From assembly GCA_963727235.1 (NCBI GenBank), contig CAVSFZ010000009.1, forward strand, positions 179,328 through 243,327: 64,000 bases of DNA, in the 5' to 3' direction. The notes under the pieces were generated by a model, which saw nothing but the letters and a program-made list of their open reading frames with translations, was not told the DNA's origin and did not search any database. Position 1 is the first letter of the stretch. Every line of letters starts with the position of its first letter. Both the position numbers and the translations under genes were made by a program. This document shows, in pieces, positions 38,213-48,151 of the stretch. This stretch comes from an uncultured Actinomycetes bacterium. Its GTDB lineage: Bacteria; Actinomycetota; Thermoleophilia; Gaiellales; JAICJC01.

Positions 38213-39186
38213 TTCGGCTCCGTCATGGCCAGGAAGGCGTCACTCAGCCGGCCGCTTTCGAGTGCGAAGCCGATGATCGGAACCTCGGCGCCGAGCAGCT
38301 CCCGCAGGATCACAGCCGAGGCCTCGCCCACATCCACATCGGGAGCGAGGGTCACGACGATCTCGCCGCTTGCGTGTGGCACCACCTCGGCGGATTCCAC
38401 CAACCGCATGTTGAGCAAGACCGCGAGTGCCCGTGCACAGTCGCTTCGAGCTACGCGCACGCGAGCATTGCGAGCCGCGGCAACGCGGCCCGCAACATCG
38501 GCGACCGGGCCGTCGGCCACCACGCGCCCCCGGTTGAGAATAATTACGCGTGAGCACACTTCCTCCACCTCGCCAAGCAGGTGGGTGGAAACAAGCACGG
38601 TGCAGCCGCGCTCGCGGGAGGTTCGCCGGATCATCTCGAGCACATCACGCTGACCTGCAGGGTCGAGCCCGAGGGTCGGCTCATCCAAAAACACCATTGC
38701 CGGGTCGTTCACCAAGGCACGGGCGATCCCCAACCGCTGACGCATACCGCGGCTATAGGTCGAGATCAACGCGCCGCCCCGATCGCCAAGCCCGACCTCC
38801 CCCAGAAGATCTCGCGCGACCGCCTTCACGCTTGCGCGAGATCGTCCATGCAGCCGCGCGTGGTACCGAAGATACTCCTCGCCGGTCTGCACGTCGGGAT
38901 AGCCACTGCTCTCGGGGAGCACGCCAATATGGCCTCTGATCGCATCAGGTCGATCACAACCGATGCCGGCCACCGAAAACCGCCCCGTAGTTGGCCGCAG
39001 GATCGTCGTGAGCACCCGGATCGCAGTGGTCTTCCCAGCGCCGTTCGGCCCGAGGAACCCAACCACCTCACCTTCCCCGATCGAGAACGTCACACCCTCC
39101 AGCGCCCGAACCGAGCCATATGCACGGCACAGGCCCACCGCCTCCAGCACGGCGGAGCTCCGATGCTGCACCAGCGCACGTTGCAT
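38209..39186 (-). CDS. ABC transporter ATP-binding protein
   Basis: GPNGAGKTT, YSRGMRQR, FLDEPTLGLDP, STH. Confidence 0.93.
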   Translation of the reverse strand: MQRALVQHRSSAVLEAVGLCRAYGSVRALEGVTFSIGEGEVVGFLGPNGAGKTTAIRVLTTILRPTTGRFSVAGIGCDRPDAIRGHIGVLPESSGYPDVQTGEEYLRYHARLHGRSRASVKAVARDLLGEVGLGDRGGALISTYSRGMRQRLGIARALVNDPAMVFLDEPTLGLDPAGQRDVLEMIRRTSRERGCTVLVSTHLLGEVEEVCSRVIILNRGRVVADGPVADVAGRVAAARNARVRVARSDCARALAVLLNMRLVESAEVVPHASGEIVVTLAPDVDVGEASAVILRELLGAEVPIIGFALESGRLSDAFLAMTEPK

Positions 39187-39416
39187 GGTCCGTCACCAGC
39201 CTCGAATGGGGTGCAATAGTGGTCGAGTCTGTTCGGTCAGAACTCAGGATATGCCTTTAGCGAGCCCGAGGCTCGTCCCGTGGCCCTCCACTGCGAGTTC
39301 CACATGGCAGTGAGGTATGGTCCGGGCAGGCGCCTCCTTTCATCCGCACCCCAGCCGACCATTGTGGTCGCGTCTGAGAGGTCCCGCCTGTAGCGGAATC
39401 TGAGGAACGGAGCAGA

Positions 39417-41192
39417 ATGGCCATGGCGGCCCCAGGCCTGCCGGGTGGCACCGGAGTCGCGGCACCACAAGGCGGCGTGCTCGTGGCGATCGCCGCTGCT
39501 GGCCTGTGTGCAGCACTGTGCTCGATCGCCCTCGCCCTGACCAGCGACCACGTGGATCACCCGCCGGTGCAGGCCGCGCTGATGGTTTGGGTGGTGCTCC
39601 CGTACGTCCTCGCAGGGCTGTATGCGTGGTGGCGGCGTCCGGAGAGCCGGTTCGGCCAGCTGATGGTGGCTGCCGGATTCGGCATGTTCCTCACGAGCTT
39701 GTCGTGGTCAACGTTGGCGGTGCCGTTCACGCTTGGTGAGGCGCTCGACCTGTTGCCGGCGGTGTTGTTTCTTCACGTGTTTCTCGCGTTTCCAACCGGC
39801 AGGCTGCGCGGTCGAGTGGATCTCACCCTGGTCGTCGCCGGGTATGTCACAGCGTTCGCGCTTCAACTCGTGGGGATGACGATGGGAGGATTCGGGCCTG
39901 ACAACCTGCTCGAACGCGCGCCCAACCCGAACGTGGCGCGCACGCTGCTGCACGTTCAGCTGGTGGTACTGAGCGGCCTGTGCCTGGCCGGTGTGGTCGT
40001 GCTGATGGTGCGCCGCCGCAGCGCCGGGAGGCCGCTGCGCCGATGGCTGGCACTGCTCGTGGATTCGTTCGCGTTCGGACTGGTGATGATCGCCTTCCTG
40101 TTGCTCTCGGGCGCCTACGGCGAGGTCAGTGGGGAGCTGACCTTCGAGACGACCAGGCGGGCCACGTTCTTCGTTATCGGGCTGGCGCCCATCGCATTCC
40201 TGATCGGCCTCTTGCACGCCCGCCTGGCGCGATCGGCAGTCGGTGAGCTGTTCGTGGAGCTGCCCGCTGATCCGGCACCGGTCGAGTTGCGCGACGCGCT
40301 GGCGCGGGCGCTCCGTGACCCCTCGCTGTCACTCGTGTACTGGTTGCCTGACTTCGAGACGTGGGCAGACGAGGATGGTCGCGCCATCCACTCGCCTGAC
40401 AGCGACCCGCTGCGTGCAATAACGGTGATTGAGCGCGGCGGCGAGCGGGTGGCGGCGCTCGTGCACGATCCGTGGCTGTTGGATGAGCCCGAGCTGCTGC
40501 GTGCGGTGACCGCGGCGGCGGGAATCGCCCTCGAAAACGCGAGGTTGCAGGTCGAGCTGCGAGCACGCTTGGAGGAGCTGAAGGGCTCTCGGACTCGGAT
40601 CGTCGAGGCCGGACAGAGAGAGCGCCAGCGGTTGGAGCGAAACCTCCACGACGGCGCCCAGCAGCGACTGGTGGCGCTGGCGCTCGAACTGCGCTTGCTG
40701 GAGCGCCGGCTCGGAGATGACCCCGAGGCCGCGCGGCGGCTGGAATCTGCGCGACTCGAGGTCACCGGCTCGCTCGCTGAACTCCGCGAGATCGCCCACG
40801 GAATCCATCCTGCGGTGGTCACCGCGCACGGGCTTCCGGTCGCCCTCGAGCAAGCAGCCGCGCTGGCTCCTTTGCCGGTGACGCTTTCGGTCCAACTGGA
40901 CGGCCGATTGCCGGAACCTGTGGAGGTGGCGGCGTACTACATGGTTTGCGAGAGCTTGGCCAACGTCGGGAAGTACGCGCACGCATCCGCGGCCAAGGTC
41001 GAACTCAGCCGAGCCGGAGATGTTCTCCGGGTGGACGTGAGCGACGACGGCGTCGGCGGCGCCGACACAGAAACCGGCAGCGGGCTGCGAGGTCTGGCGG
41101 ATCGGATGGAGGCGCTGGGTGGCACCTTGAGGGTGTGGAGTCCGGCCGGAGGAGGCACCCTGGTCAGAGCGGAGATTCCATGCGGGCAGTGA
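39417..41192 (+). CDS. membrane sensor histidine kinase (HisKA_3)
   Basis: Multiple TM helices; ERNLHDGAQQRL, ESLANVGKYA, DDGVGGA, GSGLRGL. Confidence 0.92.
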   Translation: MAMAAPGLPGGTGVAAPQGGVLVAIAAAGLCAALCSIALALTSDHVDHPPVQAALMVWVVLPYVLAGLYAWWRRPESRFGQLMVAAGFGMFLTSLSWSTLAVPFTLGEALDLLPAVLFLHVFLAFPTGRLRGRVDLTLVVAGYVTAFALQLVGMTMGGFGPDNLLERAPNPNVARTLLHVQLVVLSGLCLAGVVVLMVRRRSAGRPLRRWLALLVDSFAFGLVMIAFLLLSGAYGEVSGELTFETTRRATFFVIGLAPIAFLIGLLHARLARSAVGELFVELPADPAPVELRDALARALRDPSLSLVYWLPDFETWADEDGRAIHSPDSDPLRAITVIERGGERVAALVHDPWLLDEPELLRAVTAAAGIALENARLQVELRARLEELKGSRTRIVEAGQRERQRLERNLHDGAQQRLVALALELRLLERRLGDDPEAARRLESARLEVTGSLAELREIAHGIHPAVVTAHGLPVALEQAAALAPLPVTLSVQLDGRLPEPVEVAAYYMVCESLANVGKYAHASAAKVELSRAGDVLRVDVSDDGVGGADTETGSGLRGLADRMEALGGTLRVWSPAGGGTLVRAEIPCGQ

Positions 41193-41824
41193 TCGCCGAG
41201 GACAGCGTGCTCCTGCGCGAGGGTGTCGCACGCCTCCTCGCCGAAGACGGGGTCGAGGTGGTCGGTACGTGCGAAACCGCCGAGGAGCTGTTGCTGAAGG
41301 TTCGAAGTTACTCGCCCGACGTGGCCATCGTGGACATCAGGCTTCCCCCGACCCACAACGATGAAGGTCTGGCGGCGGCGATACAGATTCGTGCCAGGCA
41401 CCCTGAGGTGGGTGTGTTGGTGCTGTCCCAGTACATCGAACTGGGCCTTGCGATGAAGCTCCTCGCCGACTCCGCAGACGGGGTCGGATACTTGCTCAAG
41501 GACCGGATCAGTGACGTCACCGAGTTCTTGGGGGCGGTGCGGCGGGTGGCCTGCGGTGGCTCGGCGATCGACCCGATCATCATCTCCACACTGCTCTCCA
41601 AGCGCCGCGGCGATGATCCGCTGGACGCGCTCACCCCACGCGAGCGGGAGGTGCTGGTACTCATGGCCGAAGGCCGGTCGAACCAGGGCATCGCCGATGC
41701 ACTGGTGATCACGCTGAGAGCGGCGGAGAAGTACGTCTCGAGTGTCTTTGCCAAGCTCGATCTGCCGGCCACCGGCAGCGATTCGCGACGGGTGCTCGCG
41801 GTGTTGCTCTACCTCGGCACGTAG
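41180..41824 (+). CDS. NarL/LuxR family response regulator
   Basis: VIAEDSVLLREG, DIRLPP, GYLLKDR, LTPREREVL..MAEGRSN. Confidence 0.93.
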   Translation: MRAVIAEDSVLLREGVARLLAEDGVEVVGTCETAEELLLKVRSYSPDVAIVDIRLPPTHNDEGLAAAIQIRARHPEVGVLVLSQYIELGLAMKLLADSADGVGYLLKDRISDVTEFLGAVRRVACGGSAIDPIIISTLLSKRRGDDPLDALTPREREVLVLMAEGRSNQGIADALVITLRAAEKYVSSVFAKLDLPATGSDSRRVLAVLLYLGT

Positions 41825-41949
41825 CAACCCGTCCCGGCGGGATGCCAGAAACCCGCCCCCCGAACCGCCTGTCAGCCCCGTTTCGCCCAGCGACTGCTGC
41901 TGCCACCGTGGACGCATCCCGTAAACGTCCTCGAAGGAGCAGTGGTGTG

Positions 41950-44238
41950 ATGAAAACGCGAGTCATACAGAACGATCCGCAGGAGCCCGCCCGGTCGGAG
42001 CAGACCGTCGACGAGACCACCGGCGATCCGGGGCACTCCCGCAACCTGGCCGCCCGTATGGGCCGCTGGAGCGCAGGCCACCGCAAGACCGCGATCTTTG
42101 GCTGGCTTGCGTTCGTACTGGCATCGGTTGCCATATCGGTGATGCTTCCGATGAACACCCTCAAGCCCACCGATGCCGGTGTCGGCGAGTCCCGCAAGGC
42201 CGACAAGATTCTCGACGCGGCGTTTGACCTCGAAAAGACCGGCCAAAGCGAACTCGTCGTGATTCAGTCGAAGACACTGACCGTCGACGATCCCGCATTC
42301 AGGTCGACCATCACCGACACACTCGGTGCGTTGCGGGGGTTCAAGCAGGTGGAGAACCTGCGCTCGCCGCTGGCCGCCGGCAACTCCGGTCAGATCTCCC
42401 CCGACCGGCACGCGGTGCTGGTGACCTTCAAGCCTCACGGCAGCTACCAGGACGCTGTGAAGTACATCGATACGATCTCTGACAAGGTGGCCGCGGTGCA
42501 GAAGGCGCACCCTGACCTCTACGTGGGCGAGGCGGGAGTCTCGACCGACAAGGCGCTCGACAAGCTGATCAACTCCGGGATCGCGATGGCGGGTCTGATC
42601 GCGCTGCCCCTGACGCTGATCATTCTCCTGATCATCCTCGACTCGGCAGTCGCCGCGCTGGTGCCACTGGTGCTTGCACTGACAGCGGTTATCGCGACCA
42701 TCAGCCTGGTCGCGCTGCCAAGCCAGTTCATCCCGATGGACCCCCAGGTCAGCGAGGTCATCCTGCTGATTGGACTGGCGGTCGGTGTCGACTACTCCCT
42801 GTTTTACCTGCGCCGTGAACGCGAAGAACGCCGAGCGGGGAGAAGCGAGTCGGCGTCACTCCAAGCCGCAGCCGCGACTTCCGGTCGGGCGGTGCTGATT
42901 TCCGGCTTCACCGTGATGGTGGCAATGGCTGGGATGTTCTTCTCAGGCGACAAGACGTTCATGTCGTTTGGAATCGGGACGATGATGGTCGTCGGCGTCG
43001 CCATGATCGGCTCGCTGACGGTGCTCCCGGCGGTGCTTGCGGTGCTCGGCGACCGCGTCGAGAAGGGCCGGATTCCGTTCCTCCACCGCTTCCGCCGAGA
43101 TACCGGCGAAGGCAGCCGGATCTGGGGCGCCATCCTGCGGCCCGTACTGCGGCACCCGGTGATCTCAGCGGTGCTCTCGACGGCGGTACTGGTGGGGCTG
43201 GCGATGCCCGCTGTTCACCTCCACACTGCAGATAGCGGCGTCAATGCACTCCCCAAGAGCCTCAAGGAGCTGCAGGCTTACCACGCGCTGGATGACGCGT
43301 TTCCCGGCGGTGCGAGCGGGGCGTCCGTTGCCATCAAATCCGGCGACGGCACCCAGATCCGCTCGGCGATCGCTGATCTCAAGAAGCAGGCACTGGCATC
43401 GGGCGAGATGCAAAACCCAATCACCATCGACAGGAGTCCGGACGGCTCCGTGTTCCGAGTGGATATCCCACTCGCCGGTGACGGAACCAACAAGACGTCC
43501 AATCGCGCACTCGCCACTCTGCGGACAGACATCCTGCCCGCGACGGTGGGCAGCGTGAACGGCGTCGAGTACGCCGTGACCGGCCCGACGGCACACTCTG
43601 TCGATTTCAACTCGAAGATGAAATCGGCGGCGCCGTTCGTGTTCGGATTCGTGTTGCTGTTCGCGTTCCTGCTGCTCTTGGTCGCGTTCCGGTCGCTCGT
43701 GATCGCCGCCAAGGCGATCATCCTCAACCTGCTCTCGGTGGCAGCCGCGTACGGCATTCTGGTCGCCGTATTCCAGTGGGGATGGGGCGAGAATGTGCTC
43801 GACTTCAGCGGTACCGGCGGCATCGCCTCCTGGCTACCGCTGTTCCTGTTCGTAATCCTGTTCGGGCTCTCGATGGACTACCACGTGTTCATTCTGACCC
43901 GAATCCGCGAGGCGTTCGACGGTGGTCTCTCCACAGAGGCCGCGGTTGAGCGGGGGATCCGCACCACGGCCGGAGTGGTGACCGGTGCGGCGGTGGTGAT
44001 GGTGGGCGTGTTCAGCGTCTTCGCCATGTTGCCGCTGCTCGACCTGAAAGAGATGGGCATCGGCCTGGCGGCCGCCATCCTGATCGACGCCACCATCATC
44101 CGTGCCGTGCTGCTGCCGGCGACGATGACGTTGCTCGGTGACGCGAACTGGTACCTGCCCAACTGGCTGCGGTGGCTTCCCCACCTCGAGCACGGCGACG
44201 CCGCACCGGCGCCGCTCATGCCCGAGCCCACGGCCTAA
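41950..44238 (+). CDS. MMPL family transporter
   Basis: GLAVGVDYSLF, SGRAVLISG, FGLSMDYHVF, DATIIRAVLLPA. Confidence 0.92.
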   Translation: MKTRVIQNDPQEPARSEQTVDETTGDPGHSRNLAARMGRWSAGHRKTAIFGWLAFVLASVAISVMLPMNTLKPTDAGVGESRKADKILDAAFDLEKTGQSELVVIQSKTLTVDDPAFRSTITDTLGALRGFKQVENLRSPLAAGNSGQISPDRHAVLVTFKPHGSYQDAVKYIDTISDKVAAVQKAHPDLYVGEAGVSTDKALDKLINSGIAMAGLIALPLTLIILLIILDSAVAALVPLVLALTAVIATISLVALPSQFIPMDPQVSEVILLIGLAVGVDYSLFYLRREREERRAGRSESASLQAAAATSGRAVLISGFTVMVAMAGMFFSGDKTFMSFGIGTMMVVGVAMIGSLTVLPAVLAVLGDRVEKGRIPFLHRFRRDTGEGSRIWGAILRPVLRHPVISAVLSTAVLVGLAMPAVHLHTADSGVNALPKSLKELQAYHALDDAFPGGASGASVAIKSGDGTQIRSAIADLKKQALASGEMQNPITIDRSPDGSVFRVDIPLAGDGTNKTSNRALATLRTDILPATVGSVNGVEYAVTGPTAHSVDFNSKMKSAAPFVFGFVLLFAFLLLLVAFRSLVIAAKAIILNLLSVAAAYGILVAVFQWGWGENVLDFSGTGGIASWLPLFLFVILFGLSMDYHVFILTRIREAFDGGLSTEAAVERGIRTTAGVVTGAAVVMVGVFSVFAMLPLLDLKEMGIGLAAAILIDATIIRAVLLPATMTLLGDANWYLPNWLRWLPHLEHGDAAPAPLMPEPTA

Positions 44239-44247
44239 CCCACAACA

Positions 44248-44292
44248 CGGTGGATCGCGTGCACACACGACGCACGCGATCCACCGGCTTTT
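44248..44292 (+). terminator. intrinsic terminator-like hairpin
   Basis: Perfect 15-bp stem CGGTGGATCGCGTGC/GCACGCGATCCACCG, 9-nt loop, followed by GCTTTT. Confidence 0.75.
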
Positions 44293-44313
44293 CGACGAAA
44301 GGACGCGGTTCCC

Positions 44314-45021
44314 ATGACTGCTTCAACGACTCCACCCAAGCACAACCGCAGCACCGGCCGCACCACGTTGATCATCGGCGGGGCGGTGCTTGTTCCGCTC
44401 GCGCTTGTTCTGCTGATTGCCGGCGGAGCTCTGGTGGGGGCATACAAGACCCACCGAAACAGCGATGGGTTTTACACCACGACCGGGCCGCCTGTGACGA
44501 GCCCAACCCACGCACTCGTCTCCGACCGGCTCGACTTCGGCACCGACGGTCCCGGATGGCTCTTCCGAAACTCCAGGCTCGGCACCATCAGCGTGTCTGC
44601 GACAGGAACACACGCACGGCCGATCTTCGTGGGCGTCGCTCGCGCATCCGATGTCGACGCCTACCTCCGGGGGACAGCGCTCGACCGGGTCTCGGACTTC
44701 AACGTCGAGCCCCTCTCGTTGAGTCTCCACCGCCGATCGGGAGAGTCTCGGCCCGAGGCCCCTACCGGCGAGAACATCTGGGCCGCGAAAGCGACCGGTG
44801 CCGCCCGTCAAACCGTAACGTGGTCGGTGCGAAAAGGCGCATGGGACATCGTGGTGATGAATGCCGACGGGAGCGCCGGGATCTCAACCAACCTCACGGT
44901 GGGCGCGAAGGCGGGATTCGTCTTCTGGATTGGAGTCGGACTCCTGATCGCCGGCGGCGTGCTGCTGGTCGGCGGGGCTCTTGCAGTCGTCCTGGGGCTG
45001 ACTGCCCGTAAACCCGCATGA
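44314..45021 (+). CDS. hypothetical membrane protein
   Basis: N- and C-terminal TM helices, extracytoplasmic core (PIFVGVAR..DVDAYL; VVMNADG); RBS AAAGGA. Confidence 0.7.
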   Translation: MTASTTPPKHNRSTGRTTLIIGGAVLVPLALVLLIAGGALVGAYKTHRNSDGFYTTTGPPVTSPTHALVSDRLDFGTDGPGWLFRNSRLGTISVSATGTHARPIFVGVARASDVDAYLRGTALDRVSDFNVEPLSLSLHRRSGESRPEAPTGENIWAAKATGAARQTVTWSVRKGAWDIVVMNADGSAGISTNLTVGAKAGFVFWIGVGLLIAGGVLLVGGALAVVLGLTARKPA

Positions 45022-45265
45022 TCATGCGGGTTTCGACATCCATGCGCTGGAGAAGGGTCGCTCCCGCCCCGTCGGCCACTGCGCCACAACACACCTCCGC
45101 AGTTGGCCCGCCAGGCGCCGCATTGTTCTGAGTCGTCGTGGTTCTCGTTCCGCGCGTTTGCGGCCTGGCGCTCATCAGCGCCGCCCATAACCTCGCCCGC
45201 CAGCTCGGGCGAGCGCCGGCGACCTCGGCAAGAGGCATCCCGCCCGTGCGTTGTAGGGTTAGCCC

Positions 45266-46660
45266 GTGGAGGGGAATCTCGCCAAGATCAACCACATTGT
45301 GGTGCTGATGCTCGAGAATCGGTCGTTCGACCACATGCTCGGCTACCTGTCGCTGATCGGTGGAAGGGCTGATATCGACGGCCTCCAGCTGGGGATGTCG
45401 AACGACTATGAGGGACGGGCCTACCCGGTTCACCATCTCGGGACGACGGCGTTGGACGTCGATCCCGACCACTCGGCCGGGGCGACCGACCAGCAGATCG
45501 CCGGTGGTTCCATGGGTGGGTTCGTCGCGAGCGCGGCGGACATCTTGGCCAGCCGCGGGCTCGAGGACGGTGACCCGTCGGTCGTAATGGGCTACAACGA
45601 TGCGTCGGATGTGCCGGTGTTCGATCATCTGGCAAGGGAGTTCGCTGTGTGTGACCGGTGGTTCAGTTCGGTGCCGGGCGCGACTCTCCCGAACCGGCTA
45701 TACGCTCTCACCGGCGGCGCTGCCGGCAGCCGCGATGACCGGCCGGCTCACGTGCCGCCGCTCTACCACCAGTCGTCATTCGTCCGGCACCTCGACGCCC
45801 ACGGCGTTGTCTGGCGCTGGTACTCGTTCGATCCGGGGACGCTGCGGCTGGCCGACCTGCATTACCGGTTGGGGCATCATGATCGGTTCGGGTACGTCAG
45901 CAAGACCGGCCTGCCGTGGCGAACGGCGCTGGACATCACCTGCAATCAGAGGCTTCCCAGTTTCCTGGAGGATGCCGCCAGCGGGACGCTGCCCGCGGTC
46001 TCGTGGATCGACCCGGCGTTCACCAACTTCAACCCGCTCGGGTTCCCGGTCAATGACGACCACCCACCGGCTGACATCAGCGACGGCCAAGACCTCGTCT
46101 TGGCGGTGTACGACGCGCTGGCCCGCAGCCCGCAGTGGGAGCGGTCGCTTCTGCTGGTGGTCTACGACGAGCACGGCGGCTTCTATGACCATGTGCCGCC
46201 GCCCCCGGCACCGGACGACGATCCAGAGACATTTGGCAACTATGGGGTGCGCGTCCCGGCGCTTGTCGTCTCGCCGTGGGTCGAGGCGTCCAGCGTCTCC
46301 AGCACGGTGTTTGACCACACCTCGATCTCAAAGACGATCCTGCTGCGCTTCTGCCCCGAGAGCCTGACCGAAAATCCACCGGGAGGTAGGATCCCCCACG
46401 CCCTGGGGTTGGGCGGTCCCGGCGCTCCCGGAACGCGAGTCGTTCAGGCGAACAACCTTGGTGAGCTGCTCACACGCGCGACACCCCGCGAGGCGCCCGG
46501 CCGAGACGCTCTCATCGCGCAGGCCAAGGGGCGAACCGCGGGTGGGCCATCGCAGGACGCCGAGAACCGGCACGAGCGCGCGCTCACTGATCTACAAAAA
46601 AAGATCCAAACCGCGACCCAGGAACTCATCCGGCTCGGCCACCCCGCCCACACACCGTAG
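45266..46660 (+). CDS. phosphoesterase / phospholipase C family protein (no signal peptide)
   Basis: HIVVLMLENRSFDHMLG, WFSSVPGATLPNR, DDHPP, YDEHGGFYDHV, GVRVP, FDHTS. Confidence 0.9.
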   Translation: MEGNLAKINHIVVLMLENRSFDHMLGYLSLIGGRADIDGLQLGMSNDYEGRAYPVHHLGTTALDVDPDHSAGATDQQIAGGSMGGFVASAADILASRGLEDGDPSVVMGYNDASDVPVFDHLAREFAVCDRWFSSVPGATLPNRLYALTGGAAGSRDDRPAHVPPLYHQSSFVRHLDAHGVVWRWYSFDPGTLRLADLHYRLGHHDRFGYVSKTGLPWRTALDITCNQRLPSFLEDAASGTLPAVSWIDPAFTNFNPLGFPVNDDHPPADISDGQDLVLAVYDALARSPQWERSLLLVVYDEHGGFYDHVPPPPAPDDDPETFGNYGVRVPALVVSPWVEASSVSSTVFDHTSISKTILLRFCPESLTENPPGGRIPHALGLGGPGAPGTRVVQANNLGELLTRATPREAPGRDALIAQAKGRTAGGPSQDAENRHERALTDLQKKIQTATQELIRLGHPAHTP

Positions 46661-46807
46661 TCCCGCGATCCCGGTGAGCTCCCACGGCTTGGGGGGTCTG
46701 CGGACGCTATGTGAGCAGCCGACGTCGGGGTCGTGCCTGGCGGTGGGCCCCTGGCCTCTTGGGCGAGGGGCCGGGACTAGCCCAAACCCATCCACAACTG
46801 GCCGGAA

Positions 46808-47010
46808 TGCACGCGGCCACGGCGCCGCCCACGGCCGCCGCAGCGCACTCACCGCGATGGGCGGAATCGAAACTCGCATCAGCCATCCGCGTCATCGCCA
46901 CCGCTGCTGTACTCGCGGCCTTGCTCCCGTCGTCAGCCATCGCCTTGAGCGCCGTACACTGGCTTGGAGCCGGGTATCTCATCTGGCTCGGCGCGCAGAC
47001 TCTCCGCCCA
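46808..47010 (+). pseudogene. LysE/RhtB translocator remnant
   Basis: HGRRSALTAMGGIE in one frame, then AAVLAALLPSSAIALSAVHWLGAGYLIWLGAQTLR in another; no intact N- or C-terminus. Confidence 0.65.
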
Positions 47011-47217
47011 AACCCCTCCAACTTCGGCAATGCGCCCGTGAGGACAGTCCAGGTGACAGCGAGGTAGGTGACACCCTCTGCTCGTGTTCCGGTGGAGCCG
47101 ATCCGTGGGCGATCGCGCAGCCAGTCCCCGATCGTGCCCGAGATCCAGGCGAAGCCGAGATCCCAGATGGCTCCGATGAAGAAGTATGACTCATACGTGT
47201 TTCTGTGACGTGGAGGC

Positions 47218-48060
47218 CTATAACTGCGGCGGCCCATTCGTGATGATCCTGCGAAGTTCGGAAACTTCGTCGGACTGTGACACCCACCACGTCACTCCGG
47301 CATCGCGGTATTCCCTCAGCATGGCCGGCTTGTACGCGGGCCGCTTGCCGTCCATCGTCCCCATCGCAACCATGTCGAACGGCCCCGCACGCGCATCGCG
47401 GTGCTCACCGATATAGGCGGCGGCGTTTGCCATGTCCTCAGGCGAGAGGAAGTCGTCGGGGTATTCTGGGCTGGCGGGGAACATTCCATCCCACCGGGCG
47501 GCGCGCCGTGCCGGCGCCTTGTTCGGCCAGAACCCTCCTACCCAAACAGGAATGCGAGGTTTCTGGAGTGGCGTTGGCAGAAACACGGTGTTGCTGACCT
47601 CGAAGTTGGTGCCCGAATGGTTAACCCGCTGCCCCGACCAGAAGCGAGACAGCAACTCCAACGACTCGTCGAGCTTGCTCGCCCGAACCTTGGGGTCGGG
47701 GTCTTCACCGAAGGCCTCGAACTCGCTGTCGGCGGGGGCTCCCAATCCGACGCCCAGGATGAACCTGCCGCCGGAAAGCCGATCAAGCGTCACGGTCTCG
47801 CGCGCGACCTTGGCGGGACGACGACGGGCGAGCGGGGTGACCATCGGCCCGAATCGAATGCGCTCGGTTTCCTGCGCGATCGCCGCCATCGCGATCCATG
47901 GGTCGGCTGCTGGCCACGGATCCTCATCGAATGACACCGACAGCTCGTCCCAGATAAACACACCGTCCCAACCCTCGACCTCAGCCGCAACCGCCAGTTC
48001 GACCAGCAACCTCGGATCGGAGAATTCACGTACGTTCGGCAGGAAGATCGCGAATCTCAT
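47218..48060 (-). CDS. LLM class flavin-dependent oxidoreductase
   Basis: GWDGVFIWD, ADPWIAMAAIA, TLDRLSGGRFILGVGLG, PRIPVWVGG. Confidence 0.9.
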   Translation of the reverse strand: MRFAIFLPNVREFSDPRLLVELAVAAEVEGWDGVFIWDELSVSFDEDPWPAADPWIAMAAIAQETERIRFGPMVTPLARRRPAKVARETVTLDRLSGGRFILGVGLGAPADSEFEAFGEDPDPKVRASKLDESLELLSRFWSGQRVNHSGTNFEVSNTVFLPTPLQKPRIPVWVGGFWPNKAPARRAARWDGMFPASPEYPDDFLSPEDMANAAAYIGEHRDARAGPFDMVAMGTMDGKRPAYKPAMLREYRDAGVTWWVSQSDEVSELRRIITNGPPQL

Positions 48061-48151
48061 ATGGACCACAGGTCCAAAGACGGTCGCGGCTTACGCAGAG
48101 GGAGGAGGTTGGTACCGATTCCGGCCGTCTCGCTCCATGCCGGTCGCGATG

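Noticed and set aside
39417-41824. NarXL or DosSR nitrate/hypoxia sensor for the nar cluster
   Set aside because: The kinase has a multi-TM input domain without the nitrate P-box or tandem heme-GAF layout; its context points to the ABC/MMPL genes.
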